A DNA stretch of 64,000 nucleotides from Barthelona sp. PCE (lineage: Eukaryota). The translations under genes and the position numbers were made by a program. The notes beneath the pieces were generated by a model. It was not told the DNA's origin, searched no databases, and saw only the letters and a program-made list of their open reading frames with translations. This document shows positions 46,711 through 57,113 of the stretch, in pieces; position 1 is the first letter of the stretch, and each line of letters starts with the position of its first letter. The stretch is from positions 620,001 through 684,000 of the forward strand of contig JAUFOR010000003.1 of assembly GCA_040285745.1 (NCBI GenBank), given 5' to 3'.

Positions 46711-49353
46711 ATGCAAGTAGCTGATTTTCCGCCGGATGTCACAGAGCAGCTCACCGTACTACGACGTTTAGTATTGGATGCGCAGTTAAAGGCGTCCTCA
46801 TCTTCAACAGATGGATACAATTCCTTGGCATCACAGATCAAGGACACCGCAAGGGACCTGTTGCTTATGTATGATGTCGATTGCAGCTTTTTAAATGAAA
46901 ATGACTTTGTACCCGACGTTCTTCTGATTGTTAAAGTCAAATCTATGCTTTCAAAAGCCATAGCGAGGATGCCTGCCGAAGAGATCATCGAGCACTACAC
47001 CCCTGTTCGTACGCGCAACATCCCCCAAACCCGAACTCCAGTCATGTCAACGAGAACACCGATTGCTCGTGTGAGTCAAACTAAGCCGATTGCACAACAT
47101 ACCCCTGTGTATCGCTCGCAGTTCGAGAGCCCGCATTATAAACGCCCACCAAACAAAGAACGCCGTCAATCTCTTCAAGATTTAGCCCAGTTTGACATTG
47201 AAAAAAGCCCTGATCATGACAAGGATAAGGAACGCATGAATGCACTATTTAGCGACCAGATCAGTGCTGTACAACACGCTCTCAGTCGATTAACGCGTGT
47301 TCAAGAAGAAGTGGATGCATCTCAAAAAGAGCTACTTACCAAGCGTGAGGAAATGAAATTAACAGATGCTGAACGTGATCTGATGGGATTATGCCCTGAC
47401 GACTTCCACAGAGAGATGTCTATCAAAAAGAAGAATCTTGATAATGAAACAACTGAACTGATCCGCAGTCAACAAAAGTCTCTTCGTGAGATCAAGAAGA
47501 AGGAGGAGCAGACTGCCTTACTTAAAGATGAGACTCTAATGATGGAAAACGATAAATTACAAGTCAAGAAGAGACTCAGTGAGCTCCGTGAAAAAAACAG
47601 CACGATGCTCTCCAATATTACAGAATTGGAGCGTTCTGTAGAGTCTACTAAGCAGAGAAAGCACCGAATTGAGGAGGAAATTGCAGAGAATCACACAAAT
47701 CACTTGCGTCAGAAGAACGACTACTCTCTTCGCCTGAGTGAGATTTCAGCTTTGGTTCAAGAAAGCCGTGAACGCCTTGCTGTGACCCGCGCGGAGTTAC
47801 ACCGCCTGAGCATGGTAGAGAACACACGTGTCCAGGAGAGTGAATGGGAACAACGTCTAATCGAAATGCGTCACATTAACGAGAAACAACGCAAGATGGA
47901 CGATGATGTCGTTTACTATCAAGATACGAACGAAAACTTGCAGGAGGAGATCGATTACATGCACTATGAGAAGGAGGAGCTTGAGGAAGAAATCGAACAT
48001 AATCAAGAAAAGAAAGAACGCTATAATGATTTATTAGGATCTTTGGAGCGCACTCTTCACACCTTGTCATCCCAGCTAGAGTCCGACAAAGTAGGAAACG
48101 CAGAGGTTATTTCTTCTATGCGTCAAGAGCAGGACGACAAAATGGATGAGTACAGCTCGAATGTACAGGAAATCACGATTCTGAGTGAACAGATCCAACA
48201 GATGAAAGCAATGCTCTTAGGCAGCTTAGATGAGGACACTGAAGATGAGGATAGCGAAAGCGAATACGAAGAAGACAGTGACAGTGAGTATGAGGAGGAG
48301 CTGATGGTTTCTACACCAGTCATGCGCTCTGTCCGCTCTCCTGCCAAGACAACACCTTCTAGGGTTGTTGTAACTGATCAGTCCTTCGAGGTAGCAGCTG
48401 AAGAAATATTAACACCTGAAAAACCTATAACCACACCTGCTACACGACCTTCAGCACGTCATAAAACCCCAATGTCCAAGAGAGTATCTAAGATAAGAAA
48501 AACACCTCGTTCAACGCGAAAAGAAACCACGGAATCAATTGAAGATCAGTACGAAAAGGCACGTTCGTTGGCCAATAAGCGCATAGCTGACCGCCGAAAG
48601 AAGGAGGCTGAGAAGCGTAAGAGCGATCGGTTAAAGAAGCAAAAGCTTGATGAGAAGAAGAGGAAAGAGAAACAAAAGCAGGCTGCTCAAGGTGAAAAGC
48701 TACGTGAGCAAGCTAATCAGAGACTTAAGGATTTCTACCGTAAGAAGCGTATGCAGGAGAAGAAGGAGAGAGAGGAAGAGAAAGAGAAAGAAGATAAGTT
48801 AAGACGATTAGAAGAAGAGAGAAGAGAAATTTTCTTAAAAGAACAAGAAAAAAGGAAGAATCTTTCAGCTAAGAAGCCTATGAACTCTGCAAAGAAACGT
48901 AATATGCGCACGCCGTCCAGATATGATGATAAATTAATAACTCCACCTCGTAAGCTGCATAAATCGGATGAAGAGATCGAAAAGGCAAGAATTGAGGCCC
49001 AAAAACGTATTAAACGTGAGAAACAGAAGAAACTAAAAGAACAACGTGAGAAGGAAGAGTTGAAACGTGCCAAAGAAGAGCAGGAAAAGAAAGCCCGTGA
49101 AGAACGTATTAAGAAAATCAACGAACGTCGTATGCAACGTGAGAAGGATATAAATAAGCGTAAGAGGAAAAGGAGACCTGAAAGAATACCTGAAAATGAG
49201 TTGGTCGACAATAATAAGGAACCTGTCCAGGAAGATGAAGTTTTAAAAACCACTCAAAGACGTCCTGTATCACGCAGCACAGGAAAGCTGCCAAACAGGA
49301 AGGTTCCCCCTTCGGATTTGGATCTGTTTGACAACATATTATCACAATTGTAA
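46711..49353 (+). CDS. Coiled-coil protein with acidic tract, TP/SP-rich segments and E/K/R-rich helical tail
   Basis: 880-aa ORF from ATG 46711; composition read directly, no family recognised. Confidence 0.7.
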   Translation: MQVADFPPDVTEQLTVLRRLVLDAQLKASSSSTDGYNSLASQIKDTARDLLLMYDVDCSFLNENDFVPDVLLIVKVKSMLSKAIARMPAEEIIEHYTPVRTRNIPQTRTPVMSTRTPIARVSQTKPIAQHTPVYRSQFESPHYKRPPNKERRQSLQDLAQFDIEKSPDHDKDKERMNALFSDQISAVQHALSRLTRVQEEVDASQKELLTKREEMKLTDAERDLMGLCPDDFHREMSIKKKNLDNETTELIRSQQKSLREIKKKEEQTALLKDETLMMENDKLQVKKRLSELREKNSTMLSNITELERSVESTKQRKHRIEEEIAENHTNHLRQKNDYSLRLSEISALVQESRERLAVTRAELHRLSMVENTRVQESEWEQRLIEMRHINEKQRKMDDDVVYYQDTNENLQEEIDYMHYEKEELEEEIEHNQEKKERYNDLLGSLERTLHTLSSQLESDKVGNAEVISSMRQEQDDKMDEYSSNVQEITILSEQIQQMKAMLLGSLDEDTEDEDSESEYEEDSDSEYEEELMVSTPVMRSVRSPAKTTPSRVVVTDQSFEVAAEEILTPEKPITTPATRPSARHKTPMSKRVSKIRKTPRSTRKETTESIEDQYEKARSLANKRIADRRKKEAEKRKSDRLKKQKLDEKKRKEKQKQAAQGEKLREQANQRLKDFYRKKRMQEKKEREEEKEKEDKLRRLEEERREIFLKEQEKRKNLSAKKPMNSAKKRNMRTPSRYDDKLITPPRKLHKSDEEIEKARIEAQKRIKREKQKKLKEQREKEELKRAKEEQEKKAREERIKKINERRMQREKDINKRKRKRRPERIPENELVDNNKEPVQEDEVLKTTQRRPVSRSTGKLPNRKVPPSDLDLFDNILSQL

Positions 49354-49388
49354 ATTGAGATTGTTTTTTCACCCTTTACAAATTTTTA

Positions 49389-51422
49389 ATGATGCTTAAG
49401 TACACAATTCTTATTACATTTGTGTTTCTTGGTCTTACTTTGGGTGCAATCGGTACATATCGCACAGGATATTATTTTGGACTGCTAAATCCTGATAATT
49501 CATTCAAAATGACACTGGGTTGGTTCCCTCTTGATGCAAAGGGGGCGAAACTCCATTCATCATTTCGCTCAACAGCCGAGAATAACGATAAGATTGTTTT
49601 TCACTATAAGGAGCATATTATCGAGCAGCATGCTGTTCAAGAGATTGTAGATAAGGAGCTGGGCCTCCGTTTTACAATAATATTTATTGGAAAGCCTAAC
49701 ACTGATGACTTTATGGTTCAAGTCAAGTCAGAATCTACAAAAAATCATGATTATGGCATAATCCTACATATAAACGATGAAAATGTGCGCCTTAGTACTG
49801 CCAAAACTGGCCAACCATCATCTTTTACGGTAGAAAGCTCAACGTATTCATCACTCAACATGAAAGCAAAGTATAAAGGTGTTGAAAACTTCATTCCAGC
49901 GTTATATAAGAAAAGAAAGCCGAATTTGGGTCGTGTTCAGTTTGCGTGTTATGATTCTGATAATGATTACGATCTGCACGGGTCTCTAAAAAAATTGACC
50001 ATGGAGAATGCAAAGAAACGAATTAGACCCATATATCGTCAGAAGATACGTAACGGGGAGTTTTGGGATGAAGTAGATAACTATCCTATGAATTTATTAA
50101 GTAATACATGTGGAAAAGATAAATCTCAAGTTTTTCTTCAATTCTTGATTGATGGTGATGCTGAAATCACTGTTTCAACCAGTGAAATGGCCAGTATTGA
50201 CATCGATGAGTTGAAATCTTCTAATTCTATTGCGTATAAACACAAGGTAGATACTATTGTTAAAAACTGGCCTATTAAATTACAACCGTTCGTCTCACAG
50301 ACAATTGCTGATGTTCTTGGCAGCGTGGGATACGCAAGCGGTGACTATATCGTACAAAAGCAGGGAGTTGACCATCGTGTACAAAACGCACGCCTCTTCT
50401 ATTCTTGTCCTTCGCGATCTTTCTTCCCCCGTGGGTTCGTGTGGGATGAGGCGTTCCATCTGTTAATTATCTGCCGTGTCGACATGAAATCGTGCGAAGC
50501 AATCCTCAGAAGTTGGTTTGCAATCATGGACAATGATGGATGGATCCCTAGAGAGGTGATATTGGGTGACGAGGCACGCAGCAGAGTCCCTGAGAAGTTT
50601 ATTCCACAAATTCATGAATATTCAAACCCTCCTGCATTTTCACTTGTTTTTGATTTCCTTTCATCAATCAACAGTATCAAAACACAGTCAATCATCAATG
50701 ATCTCCTCCCTCTATTTAAAAAGCATCTCCAATTCTTTGAAGATACTCACAAAGTAAGAGGTGGTTATCAATGGCAGGGACGAAATGATGATCATACGCT
50801 TACGAGTGGGCTTGACGACTATCCGCGCGGAAACATCAGCGTCAGTGAGCGCCATGTGGATCTACTGAGCTGGATGAAGTACTCATGGGATGTTGTCGGG
50901 CGACTTTCTGGATTGCCCACACCCAGTTTCAGCCAGTCAGTTTTTCAGGAGCATTGGAATGCGGATATTGGGCTTTATAGTGACAGCGAGGCAGCTCACG
51001 TTGGTTATGTTGGTCTCTTTCCATTTTTGTTTGAGCACATCCAGTGCAGTGACACACCAACATTAAGAACCGTTTATACACATCTTAATAGCACCCGCTC
51101 TCTATTTGGACCTGGTGGGATCCGCAGTTTATCGAAGGAGGACATGCTGTACGGAACGGGTGAGAATTATTGGAGAGGCGCAACCTGGATGAATATCAAT
51201 TATCTAGTGAAGAGATCACTTGACAGATATGCGGAGTGCAACGATGCGGTTTCAGCTGACTTCCATGCGTTGAGCAAGAGACTGAAGGGAACGATTGTGC
51301 GAAATGTACTCAAGGAGTATAAGAGAACTGGTTGGTTGTGGGAGAACTACGATGGGACAACAGGAAGAGCACGTGGATGTCGTCCTTTCAATGGGTGGAC
51401 TGCTCTTTTCATGCTGATGTGA
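49389..51422 (+). CDS. MOGS: Mannosyl-oligosaccharide glucosidase (ER glucosidase I, GH63)
   Basis: PSRSFFPRGFVWDEAFH, GWIPREVILG.EAR, NPP, SGLDDYPR, HVGYV, YWRG..W.NINY and WENY...F.GWT. Confidence 0.95.
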   Translation: MMLKYTILITFVFLGLTLGAIGTYRTGYYFGLLNPDNSFKMTLGWFPLDAKGAKLHSSFRSTAENNDKIVFHYKEHIIEQHAVQEIVDKELGLRFTIIFIGKPNTDDFMVQVKSESTKNHDYGIILHINDENVRLSTAKTGQPSSFTVESSTYSSLNMKAKYKGVENFIPALYKKRKPNLGRVQFACYDSDNDYDLHGSLKKLTMENAKKRIRPIYRQKIRNGEFWDEVDNYPMNLLSNTCGKDKSQVFLQFLIDGDAEITVSTSEMASIDIDELKSSNSIAYKHKVDTIVKNWPIKLQPFVSQTIADVLGSVGYASGDYIVQKQGVDHRVQNARLFYSCPSRSFFPRGFVWDEAFHLLIICRVDMKSCEAILRSWFAIMDNDGWIPREVILGDEARSRVPEKFIPQIHEYSNPPAFSLVFDFLSSINSIKTQSIINDLLPLFKKHLQFFEDTHKVRGGYQWQGRNDDHTLTSGLDDYPRGNISVSERHVDLLSWMKYSWDVVGRLSGLPTPSFSQSVFQEHWNADIGLYSDSEAAHVGYVGLFPFLFEHIQCSDTPTLRTVYTHLNSTRSLFGPGGIRSLSKEDMLYGTGENYWRGATWMNINYLVKRSLDRYAECNDAVSADFHALSKRLKGTIVRNVLKEYKRTGWLWENYDGTTGRARGCRPFNGWTALFMLM

Positions 51423-51455
51423 TAGTATTGAAAAAAAAATACGATATTTACAATC

Positions 51456-51923
51456 TTAAACACCAATAACTGATTTGGCAGTTCCCTTCAGGCAGCTACG
51501 ACAGAAGGGGATGTAACTTCCAACATAGTAAATGAAAGCACAACCCTGGATAATTACGAAAATCAAACACAATAAGAAACTCTCCCACTTATAGACTGCC
51601 ATCAGTGTGAGGACCATGGAACCGATGAAAGTGAGTGCGCAGACGGCTCTTTTAGGCTTGAGCATGTTCTTTAACTGTTTCATAGGGCCGATCAAAAAAC
51701 CTGTTGAGAGTAAAAGACTCAGATTGAGAATTGTGAAAGGGAATGCGAATCCGGAGGGATTGAGGAAGTTAAGACAGCAAAGAATAAAACAAACAAACGC
51801 TACAATACAGCAAATTCCGAATGCCTTCATTCTAGTCTTCATAGACATCTTAAACATTCCTGAAACCTCGTCCATAAATGAAGGGTCTTCGGGTTCCCCA
51901 GCGATATAGTCAAAAATACCCAT
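51456..51923 (-). CDS. SFT2: SFT2-family vesicle transport protein
   Basis: R..AF.IC, STGFLIGPMKQLKNM..PKR and YY..SYIPF; four TM helices. Confidence 0.9.
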   Translation of the reverse strand: MGIFDYIAGEPEDPSFMDEVSGMFKMSMKTRMKAFGICCIVAFVCFILCCLNFLNPSGFAFPFTILNLSLLLSTGFLIGPMKQLKNMLKPKRAVCALTFIGSMVLTLMAVYKWESFLLCLIFVIIQGCAFIYYVGSYIPFCRSCLKGTAKSVIGV

Positions 51924-52571
51924 TTGTGTGTTGATATTGGATATGATATATTAAACACTATTTTCTTTAACTTTGGCACACATTCTATAATTGAAAATTC
52001 CTGTAATAAGCACTTGAGCTTCAACGAAGCCTATAAGTTTATTGCAACAGTACTATCTATTTTCTTTCTTGTATAGTGATTTTTGTTGGCTGAAAAGGGG
52101 ACAATGGTTTGAATTTCTGCAATTGGGCAACTTTATAATTTCATAACTTTAATACATATTGTTTAAGTATGACATCTGATGTTGTATGTTTTAACAATGT
52201 ATTTTGAAAATGACAGCGTAATCATGTGTGTTTAAATGATTTTGTTCCTCCATAAAGACATTGATAAAGTGCATATGAGAATATTGTCACATACAATTTG
52301 TTTTTATTAACATTTAATCAAATTCTAGTGTTTTTTTATTGCTTTATAAGGGCTTAGGTACCAAATTAGTGCCTTCTATGGAACGTAAATCTCCAATTAA
52401 TGATAATTTAGAAGAATTTACTGTTTGATCCTTATCTTAACAACTTAGTACAATAATTTCTTTATGGTTTAAAGAGTGTATTCCGAATCATCAATACCAT
52501 TTCCAGATCTTAAAATATGAAAAAAACTGTACACCTGCATTTCTTTTTTTCTTTGATATCATATTAACAAT

Positions 52572-53363
52572 ATGCATAAACGCGGCCATTACGCTCTGAG
52601 CCACTGCAAGTTCAGATGCTTCGACAGCGGAGAGGAGCTCCGTGCCTTCCTTGACGAAGGTGTCCGTATGACTAAGGAAGAACACGTTGCTTTCAACTTA
52701 GAGCACCATTTAAACAAGGATCTCTACCGTTCATCTGAGATCTTTAAGCTGGAGGAGTTGGAGAATGATATCGACATAATGGAGAGAGCACATGCCTGCT
52801 TTGGTCTCCCGAGTATCGTTTCACACCAGCTCACAAGTATTGCATTTTCCCCCTTCCAGAACGTCGCTGACCGCATTTTGGTTATCCCTGATAGCTACAA
52901 CAACCCTGGAACCCTGATATACAGCGCTCAAGAATCTCTGCGCCGTTTTGAAAGGACGAAACACGTTGCCAATAACAGAAATTGGGATCGTGAGTTCTTT
53001 AGCGGTGTTGATATGCTGTCGCTGTCCCTTCAGCAGGCTAGAGATCGCGTTGAACAGATTCTATCCGACCTTGAGAAGAACGTATACCAAGTTAGCGATA
53101 CCGTGAAGGGTTTTATTCAGGCTTTAGAGATCTGTCTGTCATTACAGAAGCACTGTTTTACCCATGATGACGACATCGAGGCAAAGGAAGTCTCTTGTTG
53201 GTGTGATGAACGATTTTCAAAAATTTTTTTGGCTGTGTTTAATTCTCACGAAACTTTTTTTGAATTTATTGCTGCTGGTGTTCCAATGCAACAGACGGTC
53301 TTCTCCAAGAACTTTGTCACAGAGGAGGCTGCCGAAGCAAGTGGTTTAGCCATGAATCTTTGA
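52572..53363 (+). CDS. Hypothetical protein
   Basis: 263-aa ORF with coding-like composition, preceded by a pyrimidine tract. Confidence 0.65.
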   Translation: MHKRGHYALSHCKFRCFDSGEELRAFLDEGVRMTKEEHVAFNLEHHLNKDLYRSSEIFKLEELENDIDIMERAHACFGLPSIVSHQLTSIAFSPFQNVADRILVIPDSYNNPGTLIYSAQESLRRFERTKHVANNRNWDREFFSGVDMLSLSLQQARDRVEQILSDLEKNVYQVSDTVKGFIQALEICLSLQKHCFTHDDDIEAKEVSCWCDERFSKIFLAVFNSHETFFEFIAAGVPMQQTVFSKNFVTEEAAEASGLAMNL

Positions 53364-53445
53364 GTAAATCGTCGTTGATATGCTGTTTACTGTTTTTGAG
53401 CCTTTCTTGAACATAGCACTTTAGATATTGGTAACGTGCACGCAA

Positions 53446-54030
53446 ATGGCTGAGGGCCTCTTTAATTTGCAATTTGATACGGTAGCAAGCTGCCTGACAT
53501 ACATTTTTGATGAATTGGAAATTTTGTTCGATAATAGCGATGTTATTCTCACAAAATCGGGGCGGCTGGCTCGTACTTCAAGGGCTGCTCGCCGTATACT
53601 TGGTCTAAATTTAATATCCGAACCTACAAAAGAAGAAGAGCAATGTTATTCTGAAATAGACGTGTATGTACAACAAATAGAGGCTTTATCTCACCCAATC
53701 GTGCATATGAAGCTTCCTAAACGAAGGAACGGGTTGGTTTTGAGATGTTTTGTTGAAAACACTACCCCATTTATATATAAAATGATCGAAACCAACTTTA
53801 AAACATCTTTAAGGCAGTTGTTAGATGTGATTGAACTCCATTTCAATGCTCCATTTCGATATATCGAGCGTTTGACAATGACACAGGGTGTAGGAAAAGT
53901 TTTTGCATCAATTGGTGATTTTACTATTTTAATCCATGGTAATTCTCGCCTGAGGGTTGAACTGGCGCGATACAGCACTGATCCTGTATGTAGCAAAACA
54001 CCTCAACTCATACCTCTGTTTAGCTCTTAA
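53446..54030 (+). CDS. Hypothetical protein
   Basis: 194-aa ORF from ATG 53446, ending 17 bp from a convergent gene. Confidence 0.55.
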   Translation: MAEGLFNLQFDTVASCLTYIFDELEILFDNSDVILTKSGRLARTSRAARRILGLNLISEPTKEEEQCYSEIDVYVQQIEALSHPIVHMKLPKRRNGLVLRCFVENTTPFIYKMIETNFKTSLRQLLDVIELHFNAPFRYIERLTMTQGVGKVFASIGDFTILIHGNSRLRVELARYSTDPVCSKTPQLIPLFSS

Positions 54031-54047
54031 TCTACCTGGATATTTAA

Positions 54048-54398
54048 TCAACGATATAGTTTTAGATGCCGGAAATGGTCTTGAATGATGCACTTGATAT
54101 AAGGAGCAACACAGATACATGTTGGTTCATTCTCAGGCTGTTCCGTCCAAACAAAATGATCCAATTTGTTCTCTTCTAGTGATGCGATCAGAGCAAAGAA
54201 TTCCTCATCGTTCGCTTTTAGTGTCACTGCATACTGTGCTCCATTTGGAATTTCCATGTAAGTGCAATAATTAGGAGAATCTCTGTACTTCCACAAACAA
54301 TTTGCGCTAGCATGTGAAACTTGATTTGCAAGTGAGCCCTTGGACCACTTAAGGTCGGTTCTAAGGATGATATACTGTACCAGGTAATCCTTTGACAT
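54048..54398 (-). CDS. PTRHD1: Peptidyl-tRNA hydrolase PTH2 family (PTRHD1-like)
   Basis: LVQYIILR.DL.W..GS...Q..HA and W.EQPENEPTCI...PY.K. Confidence 0.9.
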   Translation of the reverse strand: MSKDYLVQYIILRTDLKWSKGSLANQVSHASANCLWKYRDSPNYCTYMEIPNGAQYAVTLKANDEEFFALIASLEENKLDHFVWTEQPENEPTCICVAPYIKCIIQDHFRHLKLYR

Positions 54399-54557
54399 AA
54401 TAAAAAACGAAATGGGTGAAAATGCTTTTTACACCTACTACATTAGTGTTGGATTCTTTAATAAGGTGGGAACAATGAATTAACCAAGTAAAAACCCCAA
54501 GAATGTTCTTCAAATGTTGTTTTGCAATTCATCATCCCTTTCACCTAGTATCACGCA

Positions 54558-56951
54558 ATGAAGACTCGGGAAAGCGTATTTGAGCAGTTCGACGCCGAAT
54601 CAAAGCCAGCAGTATGGAAAGAGCATGAGGAAATTGAAGTTCTTTTAAACGAATATGTTACTTCGTTTGAAGATCAGTTTGTACAGTTGTTCCCCCACAG
54701 AAACCGCCTATTGCTGCTTCCAGAAATCGAATCAAACCTAACAAAGTTCATATCTACCTTAATTCGACCCAGCAATCTACCCTATGATTTCTTTCATTAT
54801 ACCGATTGTTCACAGTTTGTGTCGGACTACATCCAGCACGAGCCACTTAAGGAGCCAACCATGCTTCCTACAAGTGTTCTTACTCCGCAAACTCTCCTCA
54901 ATGAACAGGTTGGCAATTCCATTGACATGAGTATCCTTCTCTGCTCGCTTCTGATTGGTTTTGGATACGACGCGTACGTTGTCATTGGCTATGCTGTTGA
55001 GCGTATTACGCAAGGTGACCGTCGTTTGGAAAGATGCCCCTTCTTAGAAGAGGAAGAGAAGAAAGCTGTTGAAAAGAAGCGTGTTCTTTCGGCTAATAAC
55101 CCTTACCAGCTGCCCAACAAGTCCACGCTGACGTCACAGTACGAAGAAGTCATGTTTGAGAGGATTCGCGCGAAAAAAGATGTTCATGATGAAATCCATC
55201 CAACGTTCAACGATGAAGACGATGAATACTTCGGCAGGAGATACCACTCGTGGGTCCTCGTCAAGGCTGGGTCCCGTGACGTGGGGACCCCCTTTTTCTT
55301 GGAGCCAGTCACTGGTCGACGTATCGAGCTTGATACACACGATTTTCTCGGTGTTGAGTGTGTTTTCAACCATCTCAACTACTATATTAACATGCAGGAG
55401 TGTAGTGAGGGCTTGAAATCAATGGATTATGAGTTCTACACACCAAACAAGTGGGAATTTATCTTCTTGACGCCACCAGTGAATGTTGGTGCAACAAACA
55501 GCACCCCTCTGGAGCTCAGTGCGACGATTGGCGCTGCTGGGTCGGATATTTTGGAAGTTCCACCAATGTTATTCCCCAAACTGAAGGTTCCACATGACCA
55601 GTTTGAGAAGAGATTCCCAGACGGTTCAAAGAAGTTTAATTTTTTCATGGTTGACTGTGAGATCTTTGCAGAGTACATCAGAGATGATGGATTGGTTAAA
55701 AAGATCACATTTTATGAAGATATTGAGAAGAGTAATATTAAAATTGTTGAACATTACTTCAAAAACCGTAATGACCGCCTTGAGCGCCGTAGCATCGTCG
55801 ATAAGACGTCATACACCCACGAATACTTTGGCATTGGTAGATCTTTCTCGATCAAGGAACTGATCCAAACGCCTTTTAGAACCGTCTTTCTGTTTTATTT
55901 AGAAGGGCGTAACGATGGTCTGATCAAGCGCGTGGAGACAAAGGACCGCAAGTACCAGGAATTCTTCGACAAGAGAATAGATGGATTGACATACCGCTCT
56001 GTATCGTTCGTCACAAAAGAAATGCAGGAATCTTTCAAGAAGAACATAGATATCACCAATAACTTCCACAATGCATCTGACTCGTTCAACGTTGGTGACT
56101 TCATCATTGAGAAGATGACTGAGAAGTATACAAAGGGTGCAACCAAGGAGAACGTCTTCATCAAGCGTTATGATGTACTCAAATCTGTTATCAAGATTGT
56201 CCACCACCGCGAGGAGAAGCAACTCAAGGAAGAAACCATACTCTACAACAAGGATGACCTTGTGCAGAACGGCGTGTCTCTAGATCTGTTCGAAGGCAAT
56301 GAGAATATTGGTAATCTCCCAATAGAACAGGTGAAGTTCAGAGATCTTATCATGAACGAGCGCCAGTGCTTACAGAAGGTGCGTTATTCCAAGAGCGAGG
56401 CTAATGAGCTGCTTACCGAGCTCCAAACTTTCGAATTGAGGCTTTACCAGTCTGGTGGTTCGTATCTCACTCGTACGTTGTATGATAAGAAGAACATCAC
56501 TAACACACTCAGCAATGTCATCTCAGAGGTAACTACCATCGACGAAGACACCATTGATGCGTCTGATTTCCTCGCGCCATATCTCCCCGACGAGTACGAG
56601 TTGGGCACTGTTCTGTCGCATGAGGAGGCCAAACAAACCAAACACGCCTGCCTTCAGGCTCTCGCACAACGTCTGTATGAACGCTCGTCTATCATCGAAG
56701 AGCGTATTGAAAGAGAACAGGCTGAACTCGAGAAGAGACGTTTGCAGTGGGCCAAGAAGTCCGAGCATATGGTCATTGACAGAGAGGAAGAGGCTGATTT
56801 CTTCAAGTGGCAGGACGAGTTGCATAGTCGTATATGTATCGCCAAGGATCGTCTCAATAAGATTGAAAAGGAATGTGCTATGTTATATGCCAAGCTGCAC
56901 GTGAAGTTGCGTAATGACCCGAGAATGGCCAATTTGTATAACCAAGAATAG
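54558..56951 (+). CDS. DRC7: Dynein regulatory complex subunit 7 (CCDC135)
   Basis: Q.GNS.D.SILLCSLLIGFGYDAYVV.GYA, R.HSWVLV..G.R.V..PFFLEP.TG, FLGVE.VFNH.NY..NMQ, DFLAPYL and a C-terminal L..DPR. Confidence 0.93.
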   Translation: MKTRESVFEQFDAESKPAVWKEHEEIEVLLNEYVTSFEDQFVQLFPHRNRLLLLPEIESNLTKFISTLIRPSNLPYDFFHYTDCSQFVSDYIQHEPLKEPTMLPTSVLTPQTLLNEQVGNSIDMSILLCSLLIGFGYDAYVVIGYAVERITQGDRRLERCPFLEEEEKKAVEKKRVLSANNPYQLPNKSTLTSQYEEVMFERIRAKKDVHDEIHPTFNDEDDEYFGRRYHSWVLVKAGSRDVGTPFFLEPVTGRRIELDTHDFLGVECVFNHLNYYINMQECSEGLKSMDYEFYTPNKWEFIFLTPPVNVGATNSTPLELSATIGAAGSDILEVPPMLFPKLKVPHDQFEKRFPDGSKKFNFFMVDCEIFAEYIRDDGLVKKITFYEDIEKSNIKIVEHYFKNRNDRLERRSIVDKTSYTHEYFGIGRSFSIKELIQTPFRTVFLFYLEGRNDGLIKRVETKDRKYQEFFDKRIDGLTYRSVSFVTKEMQESFKKNIDITNNFHNASDSFNVGDFIIEKMTEKYTKGATKENVFIKRYDVLKSVIKIVHHREEKQLKEETILYNKDDLVQNGVSLDLFEGNENIGNLPIEQVKFRDLIMNERQCLQKVRYSKSEANELLTELQTFELRLYQSGGSYLTRTLYDKKNITNTLSNVISEVTTIDEDTIDASDFLAPYLPDEYELGTVLSHEEAKQTKHACLQALAQRLYERSSIIEERIEREQAELEKRRLQWAKKSEHMVIDREEEADFFKWQDELHSRICIAKDRLNKIEKECAMLYAKLHVKLRNDPRMANLYNQE

Positions 56952-57113
56952 ATGTAAAAAAATTTGAATGCCTGCCTTCATCGCACTCCTTAACTGTGTA
57001 TTTTAAGTCGTTTTTCGGGCTATGTATATCCTGTTTCTCCTCAAGAAGAGATGGAAAATTCAAATTTTGAGCAAAATTTTGTTTTAGTTTTTAACACACA
57101 TACTTTTGGGCGC

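Noticed and set aside
53300..53430. Intron joining ORFs 52572-53363 and 53446-54030
   Set aside because: A TTTAG acceptor exists, but the only donor-like GTAAAT lies after the TGA stop and there is no branch motif at the expected spacing.
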